DNA from: Elusimicrobiota bacterium
GTDB taxonomy: Bacteria > CG03 > SLGR01 > JAGXOG01
Assembly (NCBI GenBank): GCA_051745145.1
Contig: JBNJDT010000001.1
Coordinates: 1 to 64,000, forward strand
Length of the DNA stretch: 64,000 nt
Direction of reading: 5' to 3'
Shown: piece by piece, positions 19,011 to 29,062 of the stretch
How the letters are laid out: each line of letters begins with the position of its first letter
Position numbering within the stretch: position 1 is the first letter of the stretch
Position numbers and translations under genes: made by a program
The notes under the pieces: generated by a model
Told to the model about the DNA's origin: nothing
Database searches by the model: none
What the model saw: the letters and a program-made list of their open reading frames with translations, nothing else

Positions 19011-20246
19011 TTAGAAAAGTTCTTCCAACCAATTTATAATTTTTTGCCAAAATCCGCCATTTCCCGAAAAAGCCGTATTGGCATACCCGTGCAGATTATC
19101 TGTTTTTAAAACATACTTCATAAGTCCTACCGCAGTAGCGTACTTGGGGGCATTAACTTTTTCTACTTTACCTTTAAGGTCCCTGGGACGACCCATTCTT
19201 ACCGGGAAATCCTCCAATTTTCTTTCTATTGCTTTATCTATTCCCTTTAACTGGGACCCGCCTCCAGAAAGAATTAATCCTCCGGGCACCATGTGCTGTT
19301 TTCCGGTATCGGCTAATTCCTGATGTATATAATCTATTATATCTTCGACTCTGGGTTCTATGATTTTATTTATTTCTCTTAGCGATGCTGTTTTTTTAGT
19401 CTGACCGTCAACCCCCAGATATTCAATTTTTTTCTCCCTTGGATTTTCTTCTAAAACGCTCCCCACATTTTCCTTAATTCTTTTAGCTTCCTGGAAAGAA
19501 GTTTTTAACCCGTGAGCCAAATCCCGGGTAATAAAATCCGATCCTATATCAAGTTCACCGATGTGGTTTAAAGCCCCTTCTACAAACATCGCTATATTAG
19601 TAGTCTGGGCTCCTATATCAACTAATATACTGCCCAGATCTTTTTCTTCTTCAGCCACAACTGTTTCCGCAGGCGCCAGAACAGTAGAAACAGATTTTCT
19701 TATTCCCAAACCCGCCTTAGTAATACATTTTTCCAGATTATTATTCGCTGCCGTGGAGCCGGTAATAAGCATCACCTTTACTTCAAGATGATTTCCCTCC
19801 ATACCTATGGGGTTTTCCACTCCCCCCTGTTTATCTACAATAAAATCCAGAGGTATAGCATGAATAATATGCATATCTGAAGAAAGCGGCACTGTCGTCC
19901 GGGCGGAACTTATTACTCTTTCCACATCTTCTTCGGTAATCTCCCTTTCCGACCGGGGTATTTTTGTGGCGCCCTGATGCATATGACCGGATATATGAGA
20001 ACCGTTTAAATTTGTGACTACATCTTTTACTTTAGTATCAGCCTCTTCTTCCGCCGATTCTACCGCTTTGGTAATAGCTCTGTAAGTATTGTCAATATTA
20101 ACTACTACCCCGTATTTTAATCCCGAACAGCTTTCCTCACCTACACCCAATATATCCAGTTTATTCTCTTTTGTATCATACCCGGCTATAACTGCACATA
20201 CTTTACTGGAACCTATATCCAAACCGCAGATTATTTTTTCTCTCAT
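19011..20246 (-). CDS. ftsA: Cell division protein FtsA
   Basis: GLDIGSSKV, VDIGAQTT, LSGGGS, YATAVGL, C-terminal amphipathic helix FWQKIINWLEELF. Confidence 0.96.
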   Translation of the reverse strand: MREKIICGLDIGSSKVCAVIAGYDTKENKLDILGVGEESCSGLKYGVVVNIDNTYRAITKAVESAEEEADTKVKDVVTNLNGSHISGHMHQGATKIPRSEREITEEDVERVISSARTTVPLSSDMHIIHAIPLDFIVDKQGGVENPIGMEGNHLEVKVMLITGSTAANNNLEKCITKAGLGIRKSVSTVLAPAETVVAEEEKDLGSILVDIGAQTTNIAMFVEGALNHIGELDIGSDFITRDLAHGLKTSFQEAKRIKENVGSVLEENPREKKIEYLGVDGQTKKTASLREINKIIEPRVEDIIDYIHQELADTGKQHMVPGGLILSGGGSQLKGIDKAIERKLEDFPVRMGRPRDLKGKVEKVNAPKYATAVGLMKYVLKTDNLHGYANTAFSGNGGFWQKIINWLEELF

Positions 20247-20980
20247 TTTACTATTACAGCTCCATCTATTTTGTTTTTCATATCGGTTTCTATATACCTC
20301 ATATCAATATTTTTTATATTTTCTTTTCTCCGATCAGCGTACTCTTTTTCAGCCTTATTTGCTATATATATGTTATTTTTTATTACATTTTTATTCAACT
20401 TTGAAAGTGTTGGCCATATCATGCGAACCCCTCTTCTTAAATGTATGATTACATCTTCTTTATAATTTAAATTAATAGCCATAATATTATTATAAAAATC
20501 ATTATTTATCTGTTTAATTTTATTTAACAATTTGGAGATTTTTACGATTTTATCTTTCCCATCAACTTTAAATTTAAGTGGAGGACCTTCAACCCCGGGA
20601 AAAGTTACTCCCCGGTCGGTTACCACATACCGCTTTCCGGATTTCATCATATAGCCAATAGGTTTAATCTCACTTATTTCTATAATTAAACCATCGGGAA
20701 AATCCCGTATTATATCACTTTTTCTAACCCGGTTAAGGCTTTCTACTTCCTGCTCTAAATTATCTATATCCAGCTTTAAAAGACTTCTATCGTAATAATT
20801 ATCCAGTAAACTAAGAATTTTATTGTCGGAAACCATCTTATTGCCGGTTATTTTTATTGACCGGGGTTTTAAAGTCAAACGGTCCATGTTACTTAAAAAA
20901 TCCCATCCAAATTTACCGGCAATTGATACAACCATAAGAAGAAAGAACCAGCTTAAAACTTTTTTTGAATTAATAGACAA
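20243..20980 (-). CDS. ftsQ: Cell division protein FtsQ/DivIB
   Basis: N-terminal TM, POTRA-like ITGNK..., R.FPD.L.I.I.E, IDMRY; between ddl and ftsA. Confidence 0.8.
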   Translation of the reverse strand: MSINSKKVLSWFFLLMVVSIAGKFGWDFLSNMDRLTLKPRSIKITGNKMVSDNKILSLLDNYYDRSLLKLDIDNLEQEVESLNRVRKSDIIRDFPDGLIIEISEIKPIGYMMKSGKRYVVTDRGVTFPGVEGPPLKFKVDGKDKIVKISKLLNKIKQINNDFYNNIMAINLNYKEDVIIHLRRGVRMIWPTLSKLNKNVIKNNIYIANKAEKEYADRRKENIKNIDMRYIETDMKNKIDGAVIVK

Positions 20981-21018
20981 ATTTTTAAGCTTTCCTCGCT
21001 TTATTTAATACTGTAATT

Positions 21019-21954
21019 TTAAGTATACTTTGTTTCAACACTTTTTAAAATTTTTAAAATTAACGTTTTGAAATTAATTCCGGCAAGCTCGGCGGCTTCC
21101 GGCAATAAACTTGTCTCTGTCATCCCGGGTATGGAATTTATTTCCAGTAAATAATATTTTTCTCCGTCCAATCTAAAATCAACGCGCCCCATCCCCTGAC
21201 ATTTACAAAGCGAAAAAGCTTTTTCAGCAGTTTTTTGTATTTGGTCATATAATTTATCATCTATATCCTTTAAAGGATAATGTGTTGACATACCCGGTTG
21301 ATATTTGGCTTTATAATCATAAAACTCTGTCTGAGAAGCTATTTCAAGTATGGGCAATGCCCGGCCATTTAAAATACCTACAGTAATTTCTTTGCCGGGT
21401 ATATATTTTTCCGCCATTATTTCTCTACCGGTATTGTATCTGTAATCTTTTACTGCTTCCCGGGCCGCATCCATAGCCTTTTTGACCATTTTCTGTTCCC
21501 TGACTATTGTAGTACCTATAGTGGACCCTCCGATAACCGGTTTTATAACTACGGGTAATTTTAAATTAAGGTCTTTGTAGGATTCTAAAATCTGCCAATC
21601 AGGAGTCAATATCCGGTTATTGGAATATATATGTTTACTAATTACTTTATCCATACATACCGCTGAAGAACTGACCCCGCTTCCCGTGTAGGGCATATCC
21701 ACTATATCCAAAAGTCCCTGAATAGCACCGGATTCCCCTAACCCTCCGTGCATTGCTATAAAAACAACATCTATATTATTTTCAAAAAGTTTAGGGATGA
21801 AATTATTTTTTCCGTAGCGGGCCTCGATGATCTTGTAATTAATATCCAATTCTTTCAGAGCTTCTTCTACAGCTTCTGCCGTTGATAGAGAAACTTCTCT
21901 CTCAGCTGATTCGCCACCGGTTAAAATCCCGACCTTCTTATTATAATTAACCAT
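21019..21954 (-). CDS. ddl: D-alanine--D-alanine ligase
   Basis: GGESAEREVSL, MHGGLGESG, MDK, GSTIG, FYDYKAKY, LEINSIPGMT. Confidence 0.95.
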   Translation of the reverse strand: MVNYNKKVGILTGGESAEREVSLSTAEAVEEALKELDINYKIIEARYGKNNFIPKLFENNIDVVFIAMHGGLGESGAIQGLLDIVDMPYTGSGVSSSAVCMDKVISKHIYSNNRILTPDWQILESYKDLNLKLPVVIKPVIGGSTIGTTIVREQKMVKKAMDAAREAVKDYRYNTGREIMAEKYIPGKEITVGILNGRALPILEIASQTEFYDYKAKYQPGMSTHYPLKDIDDKLYDQIQKTAEKAFSLCKCQGMGRVDFRLDGEKYYLLEINSIPGMTETSLLPEAAELAGINFKTLILKILKSVETKYT

Positions 21955-22843
21955 AATTTTTTAAAGTTTCTCCAATAATATTAATTTCCAGTCTTAATTC
22001 TAAATTAAACTTATTTTTTATTTTTTTTCTTATTTTATTAATAATGAAAAGGATATCCTCAGAGGTCGCATTACCCAAATTTACAATATAATTTGCATGA
22101 ATTTCTGAAACTTTTGCGTCCCCTCTCTTAAAACCTTTTAATCCCGCTTTTTCAATAAGCTCCCCGGCGGAACGGTCATCTTTTTCAGGATTTTTAAAAA
22201 TACATCCGCAACTTCTGTATTTTAAGGGTTGTGTCAGTCTTTTTTTATCTTTATATTCCTTAACTTTAGAAATTATATCAGTTTTATTTTTTCTTTTCAA
22301 ACAAAACCATCCCCTGGTTATTACAAATTTATTTATATTTTCGATGATGCTGAATTCTCTATATTTAAAATTAAGATCCTCTCTTTTAAATTTTTTCAAT
22401 TTTAATTTATCCCAGTCAAATATTTCTATTTTATCTATTTTATTCCCAATGCCTTGAGCTTGAGTTCCGCTATTACCTATAATACCCCCTCCAACCGTTC
22501 CGGGAATACCGGCCAGAAATTCCAGCCCCCCCAGTCCCCGGTCAACCGCCTTATTTAAAAGAGTAGATAATTTCACACCGGCCCCGGCCATTATTCGGTT
22601 ATTTTTAACGGTAATTTCTTTAAATTTGCCGGTTAATAAAATAACAACCCCCCGGAATCCGGTCGGACCGGCCAGGGTGTTGTAACCATCGCCGAGCAAA
22701 TACCACTTTTTACTCTTTTTTCTTATATCATTCAGTATATCTTTTAATTCTCCGGGATGGGAAACTTTTACTAACATATCCGCTTCTCCCCCGCAGCCGA
22801 AACCGGTATAATCCCCCAAAGGCACTTGATATTTTTTTAGCAT
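21947..22843 (-). CDS. murB: UDP-N-acetylenolpyruvoylglucosamine reductase
   Basis: GG.AD, GIPGTVGG, TQPL..RSCGCIFKNP, HANYIVN, LRLE. Confidence 0.93.
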   Translation of the reverse strand: MLKKYQVPLGDYTGFGCGGEADMLVKVSHPGELKDILNDIRKKSKKWYLLGDGYNTLAGPTGFRGVVILLTGKFKEITVKNNRIMAGAGVKLSTLLNKAVDRGLGGLEFLAGIPGTVGGGIIGNSGTQAQGIGNKIDKIEIFDWDKLKLKKFKREDLNFKYREFSIIENINKFVITRGWFCLKRKNKTDIISKVKEYKDKKRLTQPLKYRSCGCIFKNPEKDDRSAGELIEKAGLKGFKRGDAKVSEIHANYIVNLGNATSEDILFIINKIRKKIKNKFNLELRLEINIIGETLKNYG

Positions 22844-22866
22844 TTTATATTTTTTTCCCGATATCT

Positions 22867-24237
22867 CTATTTTTGCCCCATAATTTTCTGCAGATTATCA
22901 TTAAGTTTACAGATATCTCCCGCTCCCAGAGTTAAACATACGTCTCCGGCGGTTAATTCTTTTCTTACAATCTGTCGTAAATTTTCCAAACTGCTGCACA
23001 AATTGACTTTCTGCTTATCTTCAAATTCTTTTACAATTAATTTGCTGGAAACCCCCGGTATGGAGCTCTCCCCGGCCGGATATATGGGAGTAATAAATAC
23101 TTTATCGGCTTTTGTAAAACTTTCCGGAAATTCCCGGTAAAGATCTCTTGTCCGGGTATACCGGTGCGGCTGAAACATAACTACGATTCTTCTGTCAGGA
23201 TATATTTCCCTTAAGCTCTTAAGAGATAATTTTATTTCCGTCGGATGATGGGCATAATCATCGTAAAAAACAATATCCCCTTTCTCGCTTACCAGTTCCA
23301 GACGGCGGCCGACCCCCCGGTAAAGTTCTAATCCTTCTTTTATAATTTTAAAATCTATTCCCATCTCCAATCCGGTAACACACGCTCCCAGGGAGTTAAT
23401 CACATTGTGCATGCCGGTATTTTTAACTTCAATAGTTCCCAATTTTTGGTTGTCTTTTACTACCGTATATCCGGAATACCCCGAATCCAGTTTAATATCG
23501 ACAGCCCGGTAATCGTTATTCTTATTCAAACCGTAAGTAACATACGGACGACGTAACCGCTCAGTAATATCCAATAAATCGTCATCGTCACCGCACAATA
23601 CCGAAAAACCGTAAAAAGGTACTTTATTTAAAAATTTCACAAAAGTATTTTTTAAATTTTCTTTTGTACCGTAGTGTTCCAGGTGATCATTATCAATATT
23701 AGTTACTACACTTATGCTGGGAGAGTAATACATAAACGAACCGTCGCTCTCATCGGCTTCGGCAACTATAAAATCACCGTTCCCCAGTTTAACATTGCTG
23801 TCAATATTTTTTAATCTCCCCCCCACTACAACCGTAGGATCTTTTTTGGCCTGGGAAAGCATTAGACCTATCATCGAGGTAGTAGTAGTTTTTCCGTGAG
23901 TACCGGCAACACACAGAGCGTACTTAAGCCGCATTAATTCGGCCAGCATTTCAGCGCGGGGTATTACGGGAATCCTTTTTTCTTTTGCCGTAATTACTTC
24001 TATATTATTATCATCTATAGCCGATGAGGCAACCACTACATGGGGAGAATTTAAATTGTCTTCACTGTGTCCTATATTGACATCGGCCCCCAGTTTCTTC
24101 AGTCTTATAACATTACTATTTTCAACTATATCTGACCCGCTGACATTATACCCTAGGTTAATGAGTACTTCTGCTATTCCGCACATACCGCTCCCCCCGA
24201 TTCCCACAAAATGTATTTTTTCAATTTTATCAAACAT
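22867..24237 (-). CDS. murC: UDP-N-acetylmuramate--L-alanine ligase
   Basis: HFVGIGGSGM, GTHGKTTTT, EADESDGSF, DDYAHHPTEI, FQPHRYTRT. Confidence 0.97.
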   Translation of the reverse strand: MFDKIEKIHFVGIGGSGMCGIAEVLINLGYNVSGSDIVENSNVIRLKKLGADVNIGHSEDNLNSPHVVVASSAIDDNNIEVITAKEKRIPVIPRAEMLAELMRLKYALCVAGTHGKTTTTSMIGLMLSQAKKDPTVVVGGRLKNIDSNVKLGNGDFIVAEADESDGSFMYYSPSISVVTNIDNDHLEHYGTKENLKNTFVKFLNKVPFYGFSVLCGDDDDLLDITERLRRPYVTYGLNKNNDYRAVDIKLDSGYSGYTVVKDNQKLGTIEVKNTGMHNVINSLGACVTGLEMGIDFKIIKEGLELYRGVGRRLELVSEKGDIVFYDDYAHHPTEIKLSLKSLREIYPDRRIVVMFQPHRYTRTRDLYREFPESFTKADKVFITPIYPAGESSIPGVSSKLIVKEFEDKQKVNLCSSLENLRQIVRKELTAGDVCLTLGAGDICKLNDNLQKIMGQK

Positions 24238-25336
24238 ATTGATCTATTAAATTATATAAATTATCCGACGCATTACTAAAATGTTCTTTTAAAGTTCGGG
24301 AGCTTAAAGACATATTTTTTCTGCGATTTGCATTTCTCAAAAGCGGTACAACGCGTACCGCTAATCCCGCCCCGCTTAAATTGCTTTCTGAGTAGTACAT
24401 AGCCAGACCGGCCTTACAGACAGGTTTGGCATTAAGTTTCTGATGTTGACTGGACGCATGGGGATAGGGAATTAAGATAGCGGGAATGCTTTTAACTATA
24501 ATTTCTGCTATAGTTGTAGCCCCGGCCCGGGCTATTATCAAATCCGCTACGCTGTAGGCGTACTCCATTTTATCCAGATATTTATAGATCCGGGACTCAA
24601 AATCATAAGTTTCATATTCTTTTTTAACTCTTTCATAGACCCTATCGCCGCTTATATGAATAATTTGAATTTTCTCTCTCCAGCCTTCTAAATAAGGCAG
24701 CATCCCGTACATGGTAAGATTTATACTCCGGGAGCCCTGAGAACCGCCAAATATCAAAATATTAATTTTATCTTTTTTAAAATTAAAAAATTCCAATCCC
24801 TCTTCCCGTGTAGTTTCTAATATTTCTTGCCGTACCGGATTTCCGGTAAGTACAGTTTTATCAGCCGGAAAATAGGGTGTTGAAGATTCATAGGAAATAG
24901 CTATTTTATCTGCCGCAAATGATAAAAATTTATTAGCCATGCCCGGAAAATAATTCTGTTCGTGAAGTATTACGGGGATTTTTAATATATAAGCCGCTAG
25001 AACAACGGGAACGGATATGTAAGAGCCAAAAGCTACCAGTACATTTACTTTATTCTTTTTTAAAAGTATCAAAGAATCCCAAAGGCCCCTCATATTCCTG
25101 TATAAAAACTTACATATATTCCAGATTTTTTTACGGGGAAGCGGCGCAGAATGTATACAATGGGTTTTATATCCTCTTTCTGACAGGATACTGGACCCTA
25201 AAGGTCTTTCATTAATTATAAATTCAACGGAATTGCCTGTCTTTTCTTCAAATTTTTGGGCCAGGGATATACCGGGATATATATGTCCGCCCGTTCCCCC
25301 AACCGCTAAAAACACCTTTTTTTCTTTATTTTTCAT
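24230..25336 (-). CDS. murG: Undecaprenyl-PP-MurNAc-pentapeptide GlcNAc transferase
   Basis: GGTGGHIYP, HEQN, GNPVR, GGSQGS, RAGATTIAE, HQ..NA. Confidence 0.96.
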   Translation of the reverse strand: MKNKEKKVFLAVGGTGGHIYPGISLAQKFEEKTGNSVEFIINERPLGSSILSERGYKTHCIHSAPLPRKKIWNICKFLYRNMRGLWDSLILLKKNKVNVLVAFGSYISVPVVLAAYILKIPVILHEQNYFPGMANKFLSFAADKIAISYESSTPYFPADKTVLTGNPVRQEILETTREEGLEFFNFKKDKINILIFGGSQGSRSINLTMYGMLPYLEGWREKIQIIHISGDRVYERVKKEYETYDFESRIYKYLDKMEYAYSVADLIIARAGATTIAEIIVKSIPAILIPYPHASSQHQKLNAKPVCKAGLAMYYSESNLSGAGLAVRVVPLLRNANRRKNMSLSSRTLKEHFSNASDNLYNLIDQYV

Positions 25337-25536
25337 AATATAGTAATTTTTTCTCTTAATTTATTAATTCAAACAAAACTATTTAAATTCGCGTATGTTA
25401 AAAAATATACAAATTATTTTTAAAAACACAATTATAAAACTCTATAAAACCCGGTAAATTTTCCTGCTAAAAACTCAAAACTGGCAAATTCAATTTCACA
25501 AGAATAAAAATAAATTATAAAAATTTAAACCACCGT

Positions 25537-26652
25537 TTAATATTTTGCATATTTTGAAATATTAAGGATAATTCCCACCGCCAGCATATTAAATACTAAA
25601 GACGAACCCCCGAAGCTTATAAACGGTAAAGAGATCCCTTTAGTTGGTAAACAGCCGGTAACTACCCCTATATTAATCACTGCCTGCAGAGTAATCATAA
25701 CAGTTAAACCGCCAGCCATCAGTTTCCCCAGAAAATCCTCATTATTTAAAGCTATCTTACCTCCCCGCCACGTAAAAATGCCAAATAATATAAGTATCAA
25801 TAATGTACCCAGCAACCCCAGTTCCTGTCCTATAATGGCATATACAAAATCTGTATGGACCTCGGGTATATAAAATAGTTTTTGATACCCGTTTCCCAGA
25901 CCGGTTCCCGTCAGTCCACCGTCGCCTAAAGCTATTAAACTATTAGCTAATTGATACCCGGAACCGTACAAATTTTCAAAAGGCTTAAGAAACGAAAACA
26001 ACCTCCTCCGGCGATAGTCATAGGCCAGTATAGCATAAGCAATAAACGGCACGGCAGAAAGCCCTACCAGAGCCATATGTTTAATCTTCACTCCGCCAAA
26101 AAATAAAATTATACACGTTAAAATAAATATAAGAAAAGCCGTTCCAAAATCAGGTTGAGCATATATCAAGCCAATCATTAAAGCTACTAATCCAATAGGA
26201 CCTATGAGATTTTTATAAGAATTTTGTATTTTTGTATATTTTCGATCCATAACTGATGCCATATATATGACTACCACAATTTTTGCCAGTTCGGCTGGCT
26301 GAATACCTATCCCCCCTATTCTCAGCCACCTTCTGGCTCCGCTTACCTGATGTCCGATGGCCGGTATTAAAACTCCAATCAACATAAATAAAATTATAAA
26401 TATGGCAACCCGGGATATTTTCGCCCAAATTTTATAATTAATTTTCAAACCGACACTAAAAGAAACACATCCAATTATTGCCCAAAATATTTGTTTTAAC
26501 ACAAAAAAATACATATTGCTGTATTTTTCGTAAGCCATAATAGCCGAAGTACTAAAAACCATTACCAATCCAATCATTATAAGTATAACAGTAACTGCTA
26601 ACATTACTCCATCATAGCTGTTATCCCTCAGCGAATTATTTCTTCTACCCAT
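25537..26652 (-). CDS. ftsW: SEDS peptidoglycan polymerase FtsW
   Basis: GARRW, QPAELAK, QPDFGT, GYQ, PEVHTDF, PFISFGGSS. Confidence 0.95.
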   Translation of the reverse strand: MGRRNNSLRDNSYDGVMLAVTVILIMIGLVMVFSTSAIMAYEKYSNMYFFVLKQIFWAIIGCVSFSVGLKINYKIWAKISRVAIFIILFMLIGVLIPAIGHQVSGARRWLRIGGIGIQPAELAKIVVVIYMASVMDRKYTKIQNSYKNLIGPIGLVALMIGLIYAQPDFGTAFLIFILTCIILFFGGVKIKHMALVGLSAVPFIAYAILAYDYRRRRLFSFLKPFENLYGSGYQLANSLIALGDGGLTGTGLGNGYQKLFYIPEVHTDFVYAIIGQELGLLGTLLILILFGIFTWRGGKIALNNEDFLGKLMAGGLTVMITLQAVINIGVVTGCLPTKGISLPFISFGGSSLVFNMLAVGIILNISKYAKY

Positions 26653-27974
26653 TTTTTAAATTTCCCCCCTCTCTCCCGGTAATTTTTAAATTCGTCAAAA
26701 CTCGCTCCTCCCGGGGAGAAAAGAACAGTATCCCCGGGCTTTATTTCAGATGCCATAAATTGGACAGCCTGTCTAAGGGTCTTTTTCTTATTGATATGTA
26801 TATCCCTATCAATATCATTAAGGTAATTACTCAGCCTGTGGCGGCCATCTCCAAAAAGTATTATCTCTCTTACTTTCTTATTTATCTCACTAATAATTTG
26901 ATTGTGAAAAGAATTTTTCAGCTCGCCCCCCATTAAAAGAACAACAGGTTCCCCGTAACTTTCCAACGCTCTTAAAGTTGCGTCAGTATTAGTAGCCTTG
27001 GAATCATTGACAAATACCACTCCCCTTCTTTTCTTAAATTCCTCCAGCCTGTGAGCCGGTAAATTAAAGTTGCGTAATTTAATTTCGGTTTTTTCTATTT
27101 CCTGTAATAACTTTGTGGCGGTCAAAGCCGCCATATAATTTTCAATATTATGATCTCCTCTTAAAGAAAAACCAGTTAAATCTGCCAGGTTCTCTTTTTC
27201 ACCGGAGGCTCTTCGCCACATAATTACACCGTCTTGTAAGTAGCAACCAGGTTTTGAATGTTCATTTACAGAAAAGTAATATTTCTGACTTTTTAAATTT
27301 TCTGTGAAAAGTTTTAAATCTTTTAAGTTGTCATTTATTACAGCTATCCCTTTAGAATCCTGGCGGAGAAACATTTTTTTCTTGGATTCCATGTAATTTT
27401 TAAAATTGCCATGCCATTTTAAATGTTCGGGAAATAAATTTAAAATTATTCCCACAGACGGTATTAACCCCGGGGTATAGGGGATTTGATAACTCGATAC
27501 TTCCAGTACAATAATATCACCGGGTTTTATATTTCCTATCTGAGAAGTTAAAGGGGTACCTATATTTCCGGCAACAATCACCCTCCCGGATATTAAGTTC
27601 TCTATCATCCGGCAGGTTGTAGTTTTTCCGTTAGTTCCGGTAACGGCCACTACTTTTACATCCGGTAATTCCCGGCAGGCCACTTCCATTTCACTTATCA
27701 CGGGTATATTTTTCTTAGAAGCCTGCCCTAAAATATAATTGTCCGGGCTAACCCCGGGACTGGTTACAATAAGATCATACTTAAGGGGATCTATATTTTC
27801 GGGTTCAGTATCCATAATTAAATTTACCCGGTCCCCTATTCTATTTTCAGCTGTTTTTATATATTTCCTATCATAACAGGTAAGCTTTGCCGAGCGGGCT
27901 ATAAAAAATTCAGCAGCTGAAAGGCCGCTTTTTCCCAGTCCAATTATAAGTATTTTTTTATCCTTATAATTCAT
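26628..27974 (-). CDS. murD: UDP-MurNAc-L-Ala--D-glutamate ligase
   Basis: GLGKSG, TGTNGKTTT, GNIGTP, NDSKATN, SPGGASFD.F.NY.ERG. Confidence 0.95.
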   Translation of the reverse strand: MNYKDKKILIIGLGKSGLSAAEFFIARSAKLTCYDRKYIKTAENRIGDRVNLIMDTEPENIDPLKYDLIVTSPGVSPDNYILGQASKKNIPVISEMEVACRELPDVKVVAVTGTNGKTTTCRMIENLISGRVIVAGNIGTPLTSQIGNIKPGDIIVLEVSSYQIPYTPGLIPSVGIILNLFPEHLKWHGNFKNYMESKKKMFLRQDSKGIAVINDNLKDLKLFTENLKSQKYYFSVNEHSKPGCYLQDGVIMWRRASGEKENLADLTGFSLRGDHNIENYMAALTATKLLQEIEKTEIKLRNFNLPAHRLEEFKKRRGVVFVNDSKATNTDATLRALESYGEPVVLLMGGELKNSFHNQIISEINKKVREIILFGDGRHRLSNYLNDIDRDIHINKKKTLRQAVQFMASEIKPGDTVLFSPGGASFDEFKNYRERGGKFKKWVEEIIR

Positions 27975-27975
27975 T

Positions 27976-29061
27976 TTATCTCAATTTTAAAGTAGCCAGC
28001 GCCAGAAAACAGAGCATTATAGCTATAATCCAGAATCTTATTACCACCTGGGGCTCACTCCATCCTTTTAATTCAAAATGATGGTGCAGCGGGGCCATCT
28101 TAAATACCCGTTTACCCTTCCATTTATAACTGGTTACCTGAATCATAACAGAAAGAATTTCAATTAAAAATACTCCCCCTACAATAATTAGAAGGATTTC
28201 CTGTTTAATTAACAGGGCGCTTACTCCCAGCACCCCGCCCATAAAAAGAGAAGCTGTGTCTCCCATAAATACTTGGGCCGGAAAAATATTATACCATAAG
28301 AACCCGAACCCTGCGCCGGCAAGGGCCGCTAAATAAACCGTCATCTCGCCCGCTCCCTTAACATACGGTAAAAAAAGATAAGAACTAAACTCTATATTTC
28401 CGGCAATATAAGAAAGAGCCGCATAAGTAAGGGAAGCAAAAATTATACATCCTATGGCTAACCCATCCAGTCCGTCTGTAATATTAACAGCATTAGAAGT
28501 ACCTACTACAGTTATCATAACAAAAGGAATATATAAAATTCCGAGGTTTAAAAACGTATTTTTCATAAATGGTAACGTCAGGCTATAGGGCTGACTCTTA
28601 AAAGTTGGATTATAATATAAATAAGCGGCCAGTCCCAGACCCAGTAATAGCTGCCCTACTAATTTAACGGTCGGACTAAATCCCTCCGCTTCGTTTTTAT
28701 AAACCGATAAATAATCATCAGCCAGACCTATTATCCCCAACCAAATAGTACTTATAAAAAGTATTATTATAAAATCATTATTTAATTTACACCACAGTAA
28801 AGCTGATAATACTAAAGAAAGTATAATTATTATCCCCCCCATTGTGGGAGTCCCCTCTTTTTCGTGGTGTCTTTGAGGACCGTCCTCCCTTATAATTTGA
28901 AGTTTTTTCCTGTTTTTAAGCATCCTTATTAATTTGGGAGCAAAAATAAAACTAACCGTCAGGGACGTGATAAATGCCCCCGCTGTTCTAAAAGTTATAT
29001 ATTGTAAAACATTAAAAGGAAAAAAAAGATCCTTTAACGGAAATAATAAATGGTAAAGCAT
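27976..29061 (-). CDS. mraY: Phospho-N-acetylmuramoyl-pentapeptide transferase
   Basis: GTPTMGG, DDY, NAVNITDGLDGL, FMGDT, MAPLHHHFE. Confidence 0.97.
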   Translation of the reverse strand: MLYHLLFPLKDLFFPFNVLQYITFRTAGAFITSLTVSFIFAPKLIRMLKNRKKLQIIREDGPQRHHEKEGTPTMGGIIIILSLVLSALLWCKLNNDFIIILFISTIWLGIIGLADDYLSVYKNEAEGFSPTVKLVGQLLLGLGLAAYLYYNPTFKSQPYSLTLPFMKNTFLNLGILYIPFVMITVVGTSNAVNITDGLDGLAIGCIIFASLTYAALSYIAGNIEFSSYLFLPYVKGAGEMTVYLAALAGAGFGFLWYNIFPAQVFMGDTASLFMGGVLGVSALLIKQEILLIIVGGVFLIEILSVMIQVTSYKWKGKRVFKMAPLHHHFELKGWSEPQVVIRFWIIAIMLCFLALATLKLR

Positions 29062-29062
29062 A

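Noticed and set aside
25337..25536. 200-nt AT-rich gap between ftsW and murG
   Set aside because: Unusual for a dcw cluster, but I saw no ORF, repeat, inverted ends or clear promoter.
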